Source: the human T2T-CHM13v2.0 reference genome, Homo sapiens
DNA: 64,000 bases
Reading direction: 5' to 3' (one strand)
Assembly: GCF_009914755.1 (NCBI RefSeq)
Contig: NC_060947.1
How positions within the stretch are numbered: position 1 is the first letter of the stretch; the number at the start of each line of letters is the position of its first letter. This document shows positions 14,163-29,722 of the stretch, piece by piece. The position numbers and the translations under genes were made by a program. A model generated the notes under the pieces. That model was not told the DNA's origin. It saw only the letters and a program-made list of their open reading frames with translations, and did not search any database.

Positions 14163-14248
14163 AGGCACATAGACCAATGGAAAAGAATAGAGAACCCAGA
14201 AATAAAGCCAAATACTTACAGCCAACTGATCTTCAACAAAGCAAAGAT

Positions 14249-14358
14249 TATATATATATATATATACACATATATATGTATATATATGTGTATATATGTA
14301 TATATGTGTATATATATGTGTACATATATGTATACATATATATATGTATATATATATA
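14249..14358. repeat. (TA/TG/CA)n compound microsatellite
   Basis: Direct inspection. Confidence 0.95.
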
Positions 14359-15351
14359 CCCTTCTAGACGTTGGCTTAGGCGAAGACTTCATGACCAAGA
14401 ACCCAAAAGCAAATGAAACAAAAACAAAGATAAATAGATGAGACTTAATTAAACTAAAATACTCCCACAGTTACAGGCGTTGCTCAGCTCCCACGCAGCC
14501 CAAAAGGCCAGTCTCACTCCCACCATGTTCCCTGCAACAGCACCAAGTTTGTTTCCAGGCAGTGGGTGAGCAGGGCTGAGAACTTGCCCCACTCTACCAG
14601 CCTCCCTGATGTGAAAGTAAGCAGAGCTTTCAGGTTTCGTACCCCCAACCTGCCGCAGCTTCTGTGCTGTGTCTGCACTCTGCATTCACCCCGTCCCTCA
14701 AATTCTGTCCAGGAAACTATGCGTTCAGTTGAAATTGTTATAAAGTTCAACTTGAAGTTTACTTCTCCCTGTGGTCTTTTCCCAGTTCCTCTGGCAGCCC
14801 TTCCCAAGGACCTCTGTGAGACAAAGTCAGAAATGGCTTTCCTGGGGACCAAGAGAGCCCACAGGGCTCTTCCCCATGCTTCTTCTACCGCTGTGTTTGG
14901 CTCAGCTCTCTAAAATTGTTTCTGTTCCAGGTAAGGTCAAATCCTTCTCCCATGATCTGGAACTTCATGTTCCCCAGTGATGATGTGTGTTTGGGGGCAG
15001 ATGATCCCCCTTTCACACTTTCACACTTTGGGCACTCACAGTGTTTGGGCTGTCTCCCAGGGCCTGCAGGAGCAATTCACTTCTTTCAAAGGGTCTATGG
15101 ATTCTCTTGGCTTTCCTGGTATGTTCCTGTGGTAGTTCTTGGAGCAAAAGTTTACAACGTGAGTCTCCACATGCTGCTCTGTCTGTCTGAGTGGGGGCTA
15201 TAATGTAGTCCTGTCTCCTATCTGCCATTTTGCTAACCCCTCAAAATTTGTCTTCCTCTTCATTCATTTTCATTGTTCTATAATACTTTTTTATATGACT
15301 ATATTATAATTTGTTCATTTTTCTGTCAATAAATATTTAAAATGTTGCTCT

Positions 15352-15912
15352 GTGATATAGTTTGGCTGTGTCCCCACCCAAATCTCATCTCGAATTGTAG
15401 CTCCCATAATTCCCTTGTATTATGGGAGGGACCCAGTTGGAGTTAACTGAATCGTGGGGCAGTTTCCCCCATACCGTTCTCGTGGTAGTGAATAAGTCTC
15501 ATGAGATCTGATGGTTTTATAAGGGGAAACCCTTTTCACTTGGCTCTCATTCTCTTCTTTGTCTGCTGCCATGTGACATTTGCCTTTTACCTTCTGCCAT
15601 GATTGTGAGGCCTCCCCAGCCACACAGCGGCGGATTGTCCGCAGGCGCAGGTGTTCTGGAGATGATGCCCTTCCCAGAGCTGGAGGAGAGACTGACCTGC
15701 CTAGGGGGTTTGAAGGAAGACTGTGGCTTGGCCTGTGGTGGTCACTGTTGGGAGCCTGTCTGGCTGCAGGACTGCTCCCCACCTGGGCCCTGGACTGTGG
15801 GAAGTGACCCCTGCAGCCACGTGGAACTGTGAGTTCATTAAACCTCTTTCTTTTGTAAATTGTCCCATCTGGGTTATGTCTTTATCAGCAGCATGAAAAC
15901 GGACTAATACAC
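15352..15912 (+). mobile_element. THE1 solo LTR interrupted by a 190-bp insert
   Basis: tgatatagtttggctgtgtccccacccaaatctc ... ggactaataca termini. Confidence 0.92.
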
Positions 15913-15914
15913 TG

Positions 15915-16380
15915 TGTATGTTGTTAGAAGTGTGAGAAGTTCTCTGGGGCAAATACTTATGAGTAGAATTGCTGTATAATAGAGTATGCATATCTACAAT
16001 TTTACCTTGGTGAGTTTATTGTGAGAGCTTATTGTGATATTATTTTTAATCTCTTTAGTTACTAATGAGTTTGAACATTTTAAATTATCTTTATTGGTTG
16101 TTCTTATTTTCTTATTTGTGAAATGCATTTTTGTGTCTTTTGTCCATTTTTCTACTGAACAGTGTTTTAAATTTATTTTTATTAATTGCTAATGTCATCT
16201 TGGTACTAATACATGTGTCATATGTGTTGAGGATACCTTCCTTTAATTTGTGGCTTATCTTTTTGCTTTTCTCATGGTGACTTTGATCATCAGAATTTTT
16301 TTATTTAGTGTGTTCATATTTATTAATCTTCTTTTATGGTTTGTACTTTTTGAGTCTTGTTTAAGAAATACTTCCCAGAC
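15915..16380 (-). mobile_element. Old L1M fragment
   Basis: T-rich degenerate L1 ORF2-end motifs, also present at 15245-15350. Confidence 0.6.
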
Positions 16381-17604
16381 ACCCTAACATTTGATGCTCA
16401 AATTACCATAGCTTGAACTTTCATTGGCCTCATATCTTGAACTTAGCAACCCTCCCCTTCTGGAATGTATACACATGTATCTGGAATTTTTCAAAAGTGT
16501 ACAGTAAATGTGTTCCCAAGCCTGTTGCCCACTATAATTACCACATTACAACTGCCATGATATTTTTCTCCTATTCCTTCAGCTAATATCCACCGCTCTT
16601 GAAGCAGTTTAGTGGAGCCTCACTGTAGCTTGCATTGGGATTATCCTTCAGAAAATTGTCAGTATCTATGCTTAGGGTGTTATTTTTCTAAGTCACATGT
16701 CTTTGGGGCATTAGAGGGTGCTGGGCTCTTTGTGGAGATAGGGAGAATGTCTGTCCCCTAGGCACCAAAGCTATGTTACCTGAATGTAATATATCTTGAT
16801 ATCTCTTAACAAAACAAAAACAAACTAAAGCTAAACAAAAAGGTCCATGCTCATTTCTACAATCACAAGTAATGTTTCAGTCATAATATTATCTCAGTTC
16901 ATACATAGTATAGCAAAATTTTTTACTCACCCTTATGTTACACAAAGCTTCAGAAATAGAGTCCTTGCTCAACCATAAACATCATTTATACTTAAAAACC
17001 AGAACACTTAACCTACACATTCATTTGGTTTTTACAGTCTTTACTCTAGTATGAAGTGAAGAAATTATGAGATCTATATATTCTCCATGGCATGGTTTTG
17101 TTCTTCCAATTTCTTGGGAGCAAGTATTTGGACAAAAAGACCTACTTAGAATTTTTAAAGATAATTTTCTGAGACAATCAAATAAAAATCCATATTAAAA
17201 TATTCCTAACTCCTCATAGTTCAGCTAAAGATATACGTAATTTATTAAACAGTACAGTTGAAACTTAAGTCTATAGTCTCTGCATATAGCTTAACAATTT
17301 TCCCCAAAATAAGATGAAGGAATACTGTACCCCAAACTGACCGAAAATCTTCATCTCTAAAGAGATGGAACTTCTTGCAGACCTTGAAGTGACAAACTTC
17401 TGTCCATCCCACCTATTCATCAAAGATTTCAAAAAAGATCTTAAAGCCTGAGTTTCATGTCATATACTTCATTTCTATTAGTAAAAATATCTTAGAGTAT
17501 AAAGCTACTGTTGCAGGGACAAAATTGTGTGGGAATAAACAATGTGGGGCAGGAGATGTTCAGAACTGGAATAGATAACTTCTTAGCTATTTTGGTTAAG
17601 TATT

Positions 17605-17960
17605 TGTGGTAGATTAAGGATGGCTTCAAATTCTGTGACATTTATTCCATCAAGTGTTGGTGTTTACTTCCCCTATATTTGAATCTGGGCTGGCTAGTCC
17701 CTGCTCTGGCTAATGGAGTATGGTGGAATTGATGCTGTGCCATTGCTGGGCCTAGCTGGTAAAAGTACTGGAAGCTTCTTGCTTGGTTTCATGGAGCCCT
17801 GAGCCACCATGTCTCAAAATCCTGCTAAAAGGACCATGTGGAGAAGCTCTGAGACTCCATAGGGAGGAGGAGGAGTATCATTGAGCTGCTCTTGTCAAGG
17901 AACCAGGAATATGAGTGATGTGTCTTGGATCCTCTATACCAGCCAAGCCACCACCTGAAT
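17605..17960 (+). mobile_element. MLT1 (G/H-like) LTR, 5' part
   Basis: tgtggtagattaaggatggc...tgaatctgggctggc...ccatgtggag. Confidence 0.65.
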
Positions 17961-18107
17961 ACAGTTTTCCCTTGGTATCTACAGGGGATTTCAGGACACC
18001 TGTGGATATCAAAATCCACAGATGCCTAAGTCCCTTACATAAAATGGCATAGTATTTGCATATAATCTAGGCACATTCTCCCATGCACTTTAAATCACCT
18101 CTAGATT
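17961..18107 (+). mobile_element. MER2 (TcMar-Tigger), truncated
   Basis: ta-cagttttcccttggtatct...caaaatccacagatgc...aaaatggcatagtatttgcatataa. Confidence 0.8.
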
Positions 18108-20150
<2,043 letters not shown>

Positions 20151-20152
20151 AA

Positions 20153-23100
20153 ATTTTTTTATTTTTAATTTTTGATAGTATATAGTAGGTGTATATATTT
20201 TTGGGATACATGAGATGTTTTGGTGTAATGTGAAATAGGCACATCATGAAAAATGGGGTATGCATCCCCTCAAGCATTTATCCATTGAGTTGCAAACAAT
20301 CCAATTACACTCTTTAAGTTATTTTAAAATGTACAGCTACTGAAACTCTGAAAACTTTTCTACTTTCTGTCTCTATGAATTTGACTACTCTGAGTACTTC
20401 ATATAAGTGAAATCTTATAGTATTTGTCTTTTTGTGACTGGCTATTTTACTTAGCGTAATGATCTCAAGGTTAATCCATGTTGTAGCCTGTGTCAGAATT
20501 TTCTTCCTTTTTAAAGCTGAATAATATTTCATTGTATGTATATATGTGGGATGTATATATATACAGTGTATTGCAATGTGTATACATATATACACACATA
20601 TACATGGCATTTTGAATATAAGCCATTTTAACTGGAGTGAGATGATATTGTATTTTTGATTTGCATTTCTCTGATGATAAATGATGTTGAGCACCTTTTC
20701 ATATGCCTGTTTGTCACTTTATAGGTCTTCTTTTTGAGAAATGTCTGTTCAAATATTTTGCCCATCTTTTGATCAGATTATTAGATTTTTTTAATACAGT
20801 TGTTCGAGCTCCTTATATATTCTGGTTATTAATCTCTTGTCAGATGAGTATTTTGCAAATATTTTCTCCCATTCTGTGGGTTGTTCTTCATTGTGTTGAT
20901 TGTTTTCTTTGCAGTGCATTACCTTTTTAACTCGATGTGATATCATTTGTCCATTTATGTTTTGGTTGCTTGTGTTTGTGGGGTATTGCTCCAGAAAATT
21001 TTGCCTAGACCAATGTCCTGGAGATTTTTCTCAATGTTTTCTTGTAGTAGTTTCATAGTGTGAGGTACTAGATTTGTCTTTAATCCATTTTGATTTGATT
21101 TTTTTTATATGGGGGAAAATAGAGGTCAAGTTTCATTCTTCTGCATTTGGATATCCAGTTTTTCCAGCACCATTTGTTGAAGAGACTGTCTTTTCCCCAG
21201 TGTATGTTCTTAGCACCTTTGTCAAAAATGAGTTCACTGTAGGTGTGTGGATTTGTTTCTGAGTTCTATATTCTGTTCCATTGGACTATGTGTCTATTTT
21301 TATGTCAATATCATGCTGTTTTGGGTTACTATAGCTCTGTAGTATGATTTGAAGTCGGGCAATGTGATTTCTCCAGTTATATTCTTTTTACTTAGGATAG
21401 CTTTTGCTACACTGGGTCTTTTTTGGTTCCATCTACATTTTAGGATTTTTTTTTCTATTTCTATGAAGAATGTCATTGGTATTTTGATAAGGATTACATT
21501 GAATCTGTAGATTGCTTTGTGTAATGTGGACATTTTTAACAATATTGATTCTTTCAATCCATTAACATGGAATATCTTTTCCTGTTTTGTTGTCCTCTTC
21601 AATTTCTTTCATCAGTATTTTATAGTTTTCCTTATATAAATATTTCACTTCTTTGGTTAATTCTTAGGTATTTAATTTAATGTGTGTCTGTTGTAAATGG
21701 GATTACTTTTTAAATTTCTTATTTACATTGTTTTCTGTTGGCATATAGAAATGCTCCTGATTTATGTATGTTGATTTTGTATCCTACAACTTTACTGAAT
21801 ATCTTTATGAGTTCTGACATTTTTCTTGTGGAGTCTTTAGGTTTTTCCAAATACAAGATTATATCATCTGCAAACAAAGATAATGTGACTTCTTCCTTTA
21901 CAATTTGGATGCCTTAATATCTATGTCTTTTTTTTATTATACTTTAAGATTTAGGGTACATGTGCACAATGTGCAGGTTAGTTACATATGTATACATGTG
22001 CCATGCTGGTGTGCTGCACCCGTTAACTCGTCATTTAGCATTAGATATATCTCCTAATGCTATCCCTCCCCTCTCCCCCCACCCCACAACAGTCCCCAGA
22101 GTGTGATGTTCCCCTTCCTGTGTCCATGTGTTCTCATTGTTCAATTCCCACCTATGAGTGAGAATATACGGCGTTTGGTTTTTTGTCCTTGCGATAGTTT
22201 ACTGAGAATGATGATTTCCAATTTCATCCATGTCCCTACAAAGGGCATGAACTCATCCTTTTTTATGGCTGCATAGTATTCCATGGTGTATATGTGCCAC
22301 ATTTTCTTAATCCAGTCTATCATTGTTGGACATTTGGGTTGGTTCCAAGTCTTTGCTATTGTGAATAGTGCCGCAATAAACATATGTGTGCATGTGTCTT
22401 TATAGCAGCATGATTTATAGTCCTTTGGGTATATACCCAGTAATGGGATTGCTGGGTCAAATGGTATTTGTAGTTCTAGATCCCTGAGGAATCACCACAC
22501 TGACTTCCACAATGGTTGAACTTGTTTACAGTCCCACCTATCTATATCTATGTCTTGTTCGATTGCTTTAGCTAGGACTTTCAGTACTATGTTGAATAAC
22601 AGTGGTGTCAGTGGGCATCCTTGTCATGTTCCAGATCTTAGAGGAAAGGCTTTCAGTTTTTCCCCATTCAGTATGATACTAGCTGTGGCTCTGTCATTTA
22701 TGGCTTTTATTATGTTGAGGTATGTTCCTTCTATTCCCAGTTTTTGAGGGGTTTTATCATGACGAGATGTTGAATTTTATCAAATTTGTTTTCAGCATCA
22801 ATTGAAATTATTGTCTTTATTCTTCATTCTGTTGATATGATGTATCATACTGATTAATTTGTGTATGTTGAACCATCTCTTGCATCCCAGAGATAAGTCC
22901 CACTTGGTCATGAAGAATAAATCTTTCTAATGTATTGTTGAAGTTGGTTTGCTAGTATTTTGTTGAGGGATTTTCATCAATATTCATCAGAGATATTGGC
23001 CTGTGGTTTTCTTTTTTTGATGTGTCTGTGTCTTGTTTTGTTATCAGAGTAACACTGGCCTCATACAGTGAGTTTGGAGGTATTCCCTCATCCTCTATTT

Positions 23101-24007
23101 TTTGGAATAGCTTGAGTAGGATTGGTATTAGCTCTTTAAATGTTTGGTAGAATTCAACAATGAATTCTTCAGGTCCCAGGCTTTTTATTACTGGGAGACA
23201 TTTTATTATGGCTTTGATCTCATTACTTGTTATTAGTTTGTTCAGGTTTTGGATTTCTTCCTAGTTCACTCTTGGTAGGTTGTATGTATCTAGGAATTTG
23301 TCAGTTTCTTCTGAATCTTCCAATTTATTGGTGTGTAGTTGCTCATAGTAGGCACTTATGATTCTTTGAATTTCTGTGATATTAGTTTTAATCTCTCCCA
23401 TTTCATTTATGATTTTATTTATTTGGGTCTTTTTTCTTTTTTAGTTAGCCTGGCTAAAGGTTTGTCAATTTTGTTTAACTTTTCAGAAAACCAACTTTTA
23501 GTTTTATTGATCTTTTGTATTATTTTAAAATTTCAACTTGATTGATTTCTGGTCTGATATTTATTATTTATTTTCTTCTACTAGTTTGGGTTTCATTTGG
23601 TCTTGCTTTTCTAGCTCTTTAAGATGCATCCTTAGATTGTTTATTTGAAAATTTTCTTCTTTTTTTTGATGTAGGCACTTATAGCTGTAAACTTCCCTCT
23701 TAGTACTGCTTTTGCTGTATCCCATAGGTTTTGGTGTGTTGCGTTTTCATTATCATTTGTTTCAAGAAAATTTTTAATTTCTTTCTTAATTTCTTTATTA
23801 ATCCACTGGTCATTCAGGAGCATATTATTTAATTTCCATGCATTTTTCAATGTATAGTTTCCAAAATTCCTCTTTTTATTAATTTCTAGTTTTATTCCAT
23901 TGTGGTCAGAGGAGATGCTTGATATTATTTTAATTTTTGGAATGTTTTAAGGCTTTTTTGTTACCTATCATATGGTCTATCCTTGAGAATTATCCATGTG
24001 CTGTGGG
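20153..24007 (-). mobile_element. L1MA (MA2-like) inserted in the L1MB
   Basis: L1MA 3' tip catcccctcaagcatttatcc; approximate TSD gtattgccat at 20139 and 24008. Confidence 0.85.
21930..22538 (-). mobile_element. Young 5'-truncated L1PA (PA3-like)
   Basis: Near-consensus L1PA 3'UTR with the GAG (non-Ta) diagnostic; TSD atatctatgtctt at 21917-21929 and 22544-22556. Confidence 0.93.
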
Positions 24008-26910
24008 GTATTGCCATCTTAACAATATTAAATCTTATATCCAAAAACATAGGCTGTCTTTTCATTTATTTTAGTCTCTTTAATTTCTTTCAGCAATATT
24101 TCATAGTTTTCAGCATACAAATCTTGTGCCTTCTTAAGTTTATTCCTAAACGTTATATTCTTTTTCATAAGTTGAATTGTTAATTTCCCTTTCAGAATGT
24201 TTATAAATATTGTATAGAAATGCAACTGATTTTTTGCATGTTGAAATTGTATATAGAGACTTCGGTAAATTTATTTATTAGCTCTAATAGTTTTCTTTGG
24301 AACATTTAGGGAATTCTACATATAAGATCACGTCATCTGTGAATTTTATTTCTTTCTTTCCAATTTGGATACTTTTTATTTCTTCTTAATTACTCTGGTT
24401 AGAACTTCTGGTATATATTGAATAGAAGTGGTGAAGTTAGCATTTCTTGTCTTCTTCCTGATGTTGGAGGAAAAGCTTTCTGCCTTTTCCAGTATAATCA
24501 TTTTAGCTGTTAGCTTATCATATATGGCCTTTATTATGTTGAGGCCATTCTTTCTATACTTAATTTGATGAGAGTCTTTATCATGAAAGTATGGTGAATT
24601 ATGTCAAATGCTTTTTCTGAATTTATTTGAGATGATGATATGTGAGTTTTGTCCTTAATTCCTATATTATGATATATTACGACGATTGCTTTTTGTAAGT
24701 TGAACCACCCTTCCGTACCTGGGATAAATTTCACTTTGTCTTGGAATATAATCTTTTTAATATCCTGCTTAATTCAATTTGCTAATATTTTGTTGAAGAT
24801 TTTTTATTTATATTCATAGAAGATATGGGCTGTAGTTTTCTCTTTTTGTGTGGTGTCTTTCTCTGGCTTCAATTTTAGGTAAATGCTGTCTCATAGAATG
24901 AGTTGGGAAGTGTCCCTACTTTTGCAGATATTTGGAAGAGTTTGAAATGGATTTATGTAATTTTTCCTTAAGTGTTTGGTAGCATTCACTAGTGAAGCCA
25001 TATGGTCCTGAGCTTTTCTTTGTTAGGAGGTTTTTGATTACTACCTTCAATCGCTTTGTTTGTAATTGGTCTATTCAGACTTTATATTTCTTCTTGATTA
25101 AGTCTTAGCAGGTTGTATATTTCTAGGAATTTTTCCATTTTTCCAATTTGCTGGTATATAACTGTCCATAATAGTCCCTTAATATTCTTTTTTTTTCCTG
25201 AGGCATCCATTGTAATATCTCCTCTTTCATTTGTATTTTATTTGAGTCTTCTCTCTTTTTTTCTTAGTCTAGCTAAGGATTTGTTGATCTTATTTTTTAC
25301 AAAAACCAGTTCTTAGTATTGATTATTTTGTATTTGATTTATTTTTGCTCTGATCCTTGTTATATGCTTTATTCTGCTAACTTTGGGTTTAGTCAATTTT
25401 TCTTTTTCTAGTTTCTTGAGGTATATGGTTGGGTTATTTATTTGAAATTTTTCTTATTTCTTAATATAGATGTTTATTGTTATAAGCTTTTTTTCTTATT
25501 ACTGCTTTTGCTGCAGACCATAAGTTTTGTTATGCTGTGTTTTAGTTTACATTCATCTCAAGATATTTTTAAAATTTTTATTTCTTCTTTGACTCTGATA
25601 GTTATCGTGCATTAGATAAGATAACTGCTGCACCTAGTCTTGTCAGACTGGCTTTGTGTAAGAGATGAATCTCACCAATCAGCCTGGTCAGAGATTCTAG
25701 GTCCCTCTCAAATCCTCTTGCTTGTCCAAACCACAGTCTGTGTTCATAATGGCCCCAAGTAGATAAGGATGTGCCAAGTCCTGTTATTGCCTTCAGATAG
25801 GTGAAGTAGAAACCACCTCCTCAAGATGCAGCTGAAAAGGTTGGGGGTGTTAGATGAGTATTCCAGTTCATTCTATCCTCAGGGAGAAACTAAAAGCTGG
25901 AGTTTATCTAACACTCTCTTAATAAACTACCTTTTTGTTCTTTGTTATCTAGGGAGTCTCATAAATTCAGAGCCTTGTCAATTCTCAGAGCTAGGTGATT
26001 TAGGAGCCAGACTCTGAGGTGGGAGCTGCAAAAGTTGGGGTGTTTGGCTCTGTGTCCCCACCCAAATCTCACCTTTAATTGTAGTTCCCATAATCCCCAC
26101 ATGTCATGGGAGGGACCCAGTGGGGGGTAATTTAAACATGGGGGTGGTTACCCTCATGCTGTTCTCATGATAGTAAGTTCTTATGAGATGTGATGGTTCT
26201 ATAAGGGGCTTTTCGCCCTTTGCTTGGCATCTCTCCTTCCTGCTGCCATGTGAAGAAGGACATATTTGCTTCTCCTTCCACCATGATCATAAGTTTCCTG
26301 AGGCCTCCCCAGCCATACAGAACTACGAGTCAATTAAACCTCTTTCCTTTATAAATTACCCAGTCTTGGGCAGTTCTTTTATAGCAGTGTGAGAAAGGAC
26401 TAATATAGGGTGTTTGATGCATGCATAAACTGCTTCTAGAAAGAATCTGTACACATGGATTTATGTCTGCCACTGTCTGAGAGATGAGGCCTGGGAAGTA
26501 CCTATACTTCCATTCAAGCTCATGGAAGTCTATAGTTTATTTGCCCCATCTGCTCCCAGATATAGGCTAGCCAGAAGCCTGACTCTCTGGCAAAAGATGT
26601 AAAAGTGTGCAGACAAACCACTTCCAGGGAGATATAGGGAGCTGGACATTTTAGCCCATTCCCTGTGGACTTATCTCAGGCACTACAGCTACTGGACATT
26701 CCTTTGTACTCATTCAAAACCACCTCTTTGTTGTGTGCGGCCTAGGGAAACCTGAGAATGCTGAGTACCTTTCATTTTCAGGGCTATGTGATTTGAGAGC
26801 AAAAGCCTCTGGGGAAACCATAAAAGTTGGGGCACTATATATGTGGTCCAAACTCTTTACTCCTCAGTGAGAAGCGGGGTATTGGAGATTCCTTCCTGAT
26901 TATATGGTAT
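24008..26910 (-). mobile_element. Old L1M continuation (ORF2 and upstream region), THE1-interrupted
   Basis: ORF 24534-24734 resembles L1 RT (FIPG..GWFN..K, EKAFD). Confidence 0.7.
26040..26406 (+). mobile_element. THE1 (C/D-like) solo LTR
   Basis: gtttggctctgtgtccccacccaaatctcacc ... gactaata. Confidence 0.9.
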
Positions 26911-27269
26911 TGTCACTGGTGGAGGGTGTCCAGGTTCTTGGCATCTTGAACAAAGAATTGGACAAAATGCACAAACAAAACAAGGAAGGAATGAAGGGAT
27001 TTATTGAAAATGAAAGTACACTCCACAGTGTGGGAGTGGGCTTGAGCATAGGGGCTCAAAGGCCATGTTACAGAATTTTTGGGAGTTTAAATACACCCTA
27101 GAGGATTCCATTGGTTACTTCAAGTCTGCCCTATGTAAATGGAGAGGATGAAGTAAAGTAACAAAGTCATTTACTTGGCCAACGCTCTGTGGAGAGGATA
27201 TTTTCTGTTATAGCTGAAGTGTTAATTGGCCTTATGTTCCCTGCCTCCACACCCTATTTTCCTGCCTCA
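26911..27269 (-). mobile_element. MER61-type 3' LTR
   Basis: Homologous to 33825-34779; preceded on the minus strand by the purine tract gggggaga. Confidence 0.9.
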
Positions 27270-27394
27270 TCTCCCCCACAAGAGATGTGATCCCCATAAA
27301 TCTTTATGGGAGACAGAAGAACCAAAGGTCTTTCTTCTGTAACTGCTTCATTCTGGCTTGGGGTGTAGTTCCTACCTATTGGGGATTATGAAAC

Positions 27395-27545
27395 TCACCC
27401 TGCTCTATCTAGTGGAGGCAGGGTAGCTTCTTGATGGCCAGGGGTGGTGTCTTCACCTAGAACTGGGTGGAACCTTTTTTGCATGATCATCTGAAGCTTG
27501 ATGGTCCCTAGGCGACAGGAAATGAATTTGGTTAAAAGATTTAAT
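27395..27545 (-). pseudogene. env TM cytoplasmic-tail remnant
   Basis: LNLLTKFISCRLGTIKLQM resembles the gamma-type env tail (syncytin-1 FNLLVNFVSSRIEAVKLQM) and sits just upstream of the PPT. Confidence 0.7.
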
Positions 27546-29096
27546 GGGAACTTCAGGGGATAGATAGCTATACTGTCAGAAATGTTTGCTACAGAGATTT
27601 GCAAGAGAAAAAACAAAACCTGATCTGTTCCAGAATCTATGTGTTTCCTTAAAGTCTTAGCACAAACGACTCCATTTTGGTTTGGTTTGGTTTGGTCTAC
27701 TGGGGCCTAGTGCATGAGCTCAGTCCAAAACAATGGCCTCCCAGAATTTTGTTTCAAAAATTCCCCCTTTTTGGTCAGGTTCTCACTTAGGCAAGAGTGT
27801 GACCAAAACTTAGGACCTTACTTAGCACCACTCTTAGTTACCATCATTTTGGGTTTCTGGTCTCAGCGCATCATTCATAGGTTACAGTGTCCTCATGGTT
27901 GCACATTTCTTTCAGCTCCTGTTATTCCAGTTGAAGAGAGACCATATGGCATTCTGGAGATGGCTGGATGCAAGCATTTAAAACCTTCGAGAGAATACAG
28001 TGCACCAAGGAGACTATTATTATGATTATTGGGAGGATGATACCAAGAGTTTGGAGTATACTCTCTACCCAAGGTCCCCATAAACCAAACCTCCTAAAAC
28101 TAAATAGATCAAAGAATGAGCTAGATAAAGAGTTTACTCACTTGAGTAAGCAACTTCTTCATCAGTCCCCTACCACTGATTTTCTGTAATCTTCATTTGA
28201 TGTATTTCCCCATAGGCTACAAGTGCTAGCAGCTGCACAGGTACTTTTCTGTTTAGCTAATTCTATTATTTAGCATAAGTTTCACAAGAGAATCTAAAGT
28301 TTGTTGTGTAACTGTAGCCTTTACAGTAGAATTTGCTATAGAACCTATCATGAGGGATACATTTCTAATCATTGCTTCTTTTACTTTAAACCATGGAGAA
28401 AGGACCTAACAAATGATGCACTTTTAAAATAGTGAAGGCCTTTTGGCAATGTTCTCTTTAACCCATGATGTTGGTTAAGAGGAGTAAACCAATGTTTTGT
28501 TTTTGACTGATTATGAAGCAACATATGCAGCATTAAAGTTTCTTACCTACATTGTGCCTTCATCTTTTATTTATCAAAGTATAAGGTTATCCATGTATAA
28601 GGCTGGCTTTAAACTTCTGCACAACAAATAAAAGAATACCCCATAAGTGCACATAACAGACCCCCTTTCCACTTCTATTTTTCATAGAGGCATAAGCAAG
28701 AAAAAATATTCAAAGATAAGAGTTTCATGTAATAGAAGTCTTAATCTGTGAACTTGGGAAAAGCTGTTCACATCAAGGATGCCATTCTCTTCTTGGGAGA
28801 AATTTCTCTGGTTAGTTTTAGCTTGAGGGTTCCAATGGGTGCATATTTCCAAGAGTGTGGAGGGACCCTTCTCAGTTGTGAGATTATGAACCCAAAGCCC
28901 AAGGTCCTGAGGTTTTGTTGTAGTGTAGATGGCAAGGACAGTTTTGCTCTGATGTTATCAGAAGATCCAAACCATAAAAAGCATTCTTACCTGGTAAAAA
29001 TACACTGTAGCATAATAATCTAGTGTTATAACATCAGCCCTCTTGCATGGGAAAGCTTTTATACAACCAGAAAACATGCATTGAAAATAGCAAATG

Positions 29097-29722
<626 letters not shown>

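Larger units (their letters stand above)
13131..15242 (-). mobile_element. Rearranged L1PB1-like element: 3' end (-), ORF2 bit (-), inverted ORF2 (+, about 13806-14460), 5'UTR (-, 14461-15242)
   Basis: L1PB1 3' tip atttcaataggtttttggggaaca; plus-strand ORF2 peptides ([21 protein letters not shown]); GC-richer 5'UTR homologous to 59135-60170. Confidence 0.85.

Noticed and set aside
14072-14441. Tyr/Ile-rich ORFs
   Set aside because: Translation of an Alu tail plus TA microsatellite.
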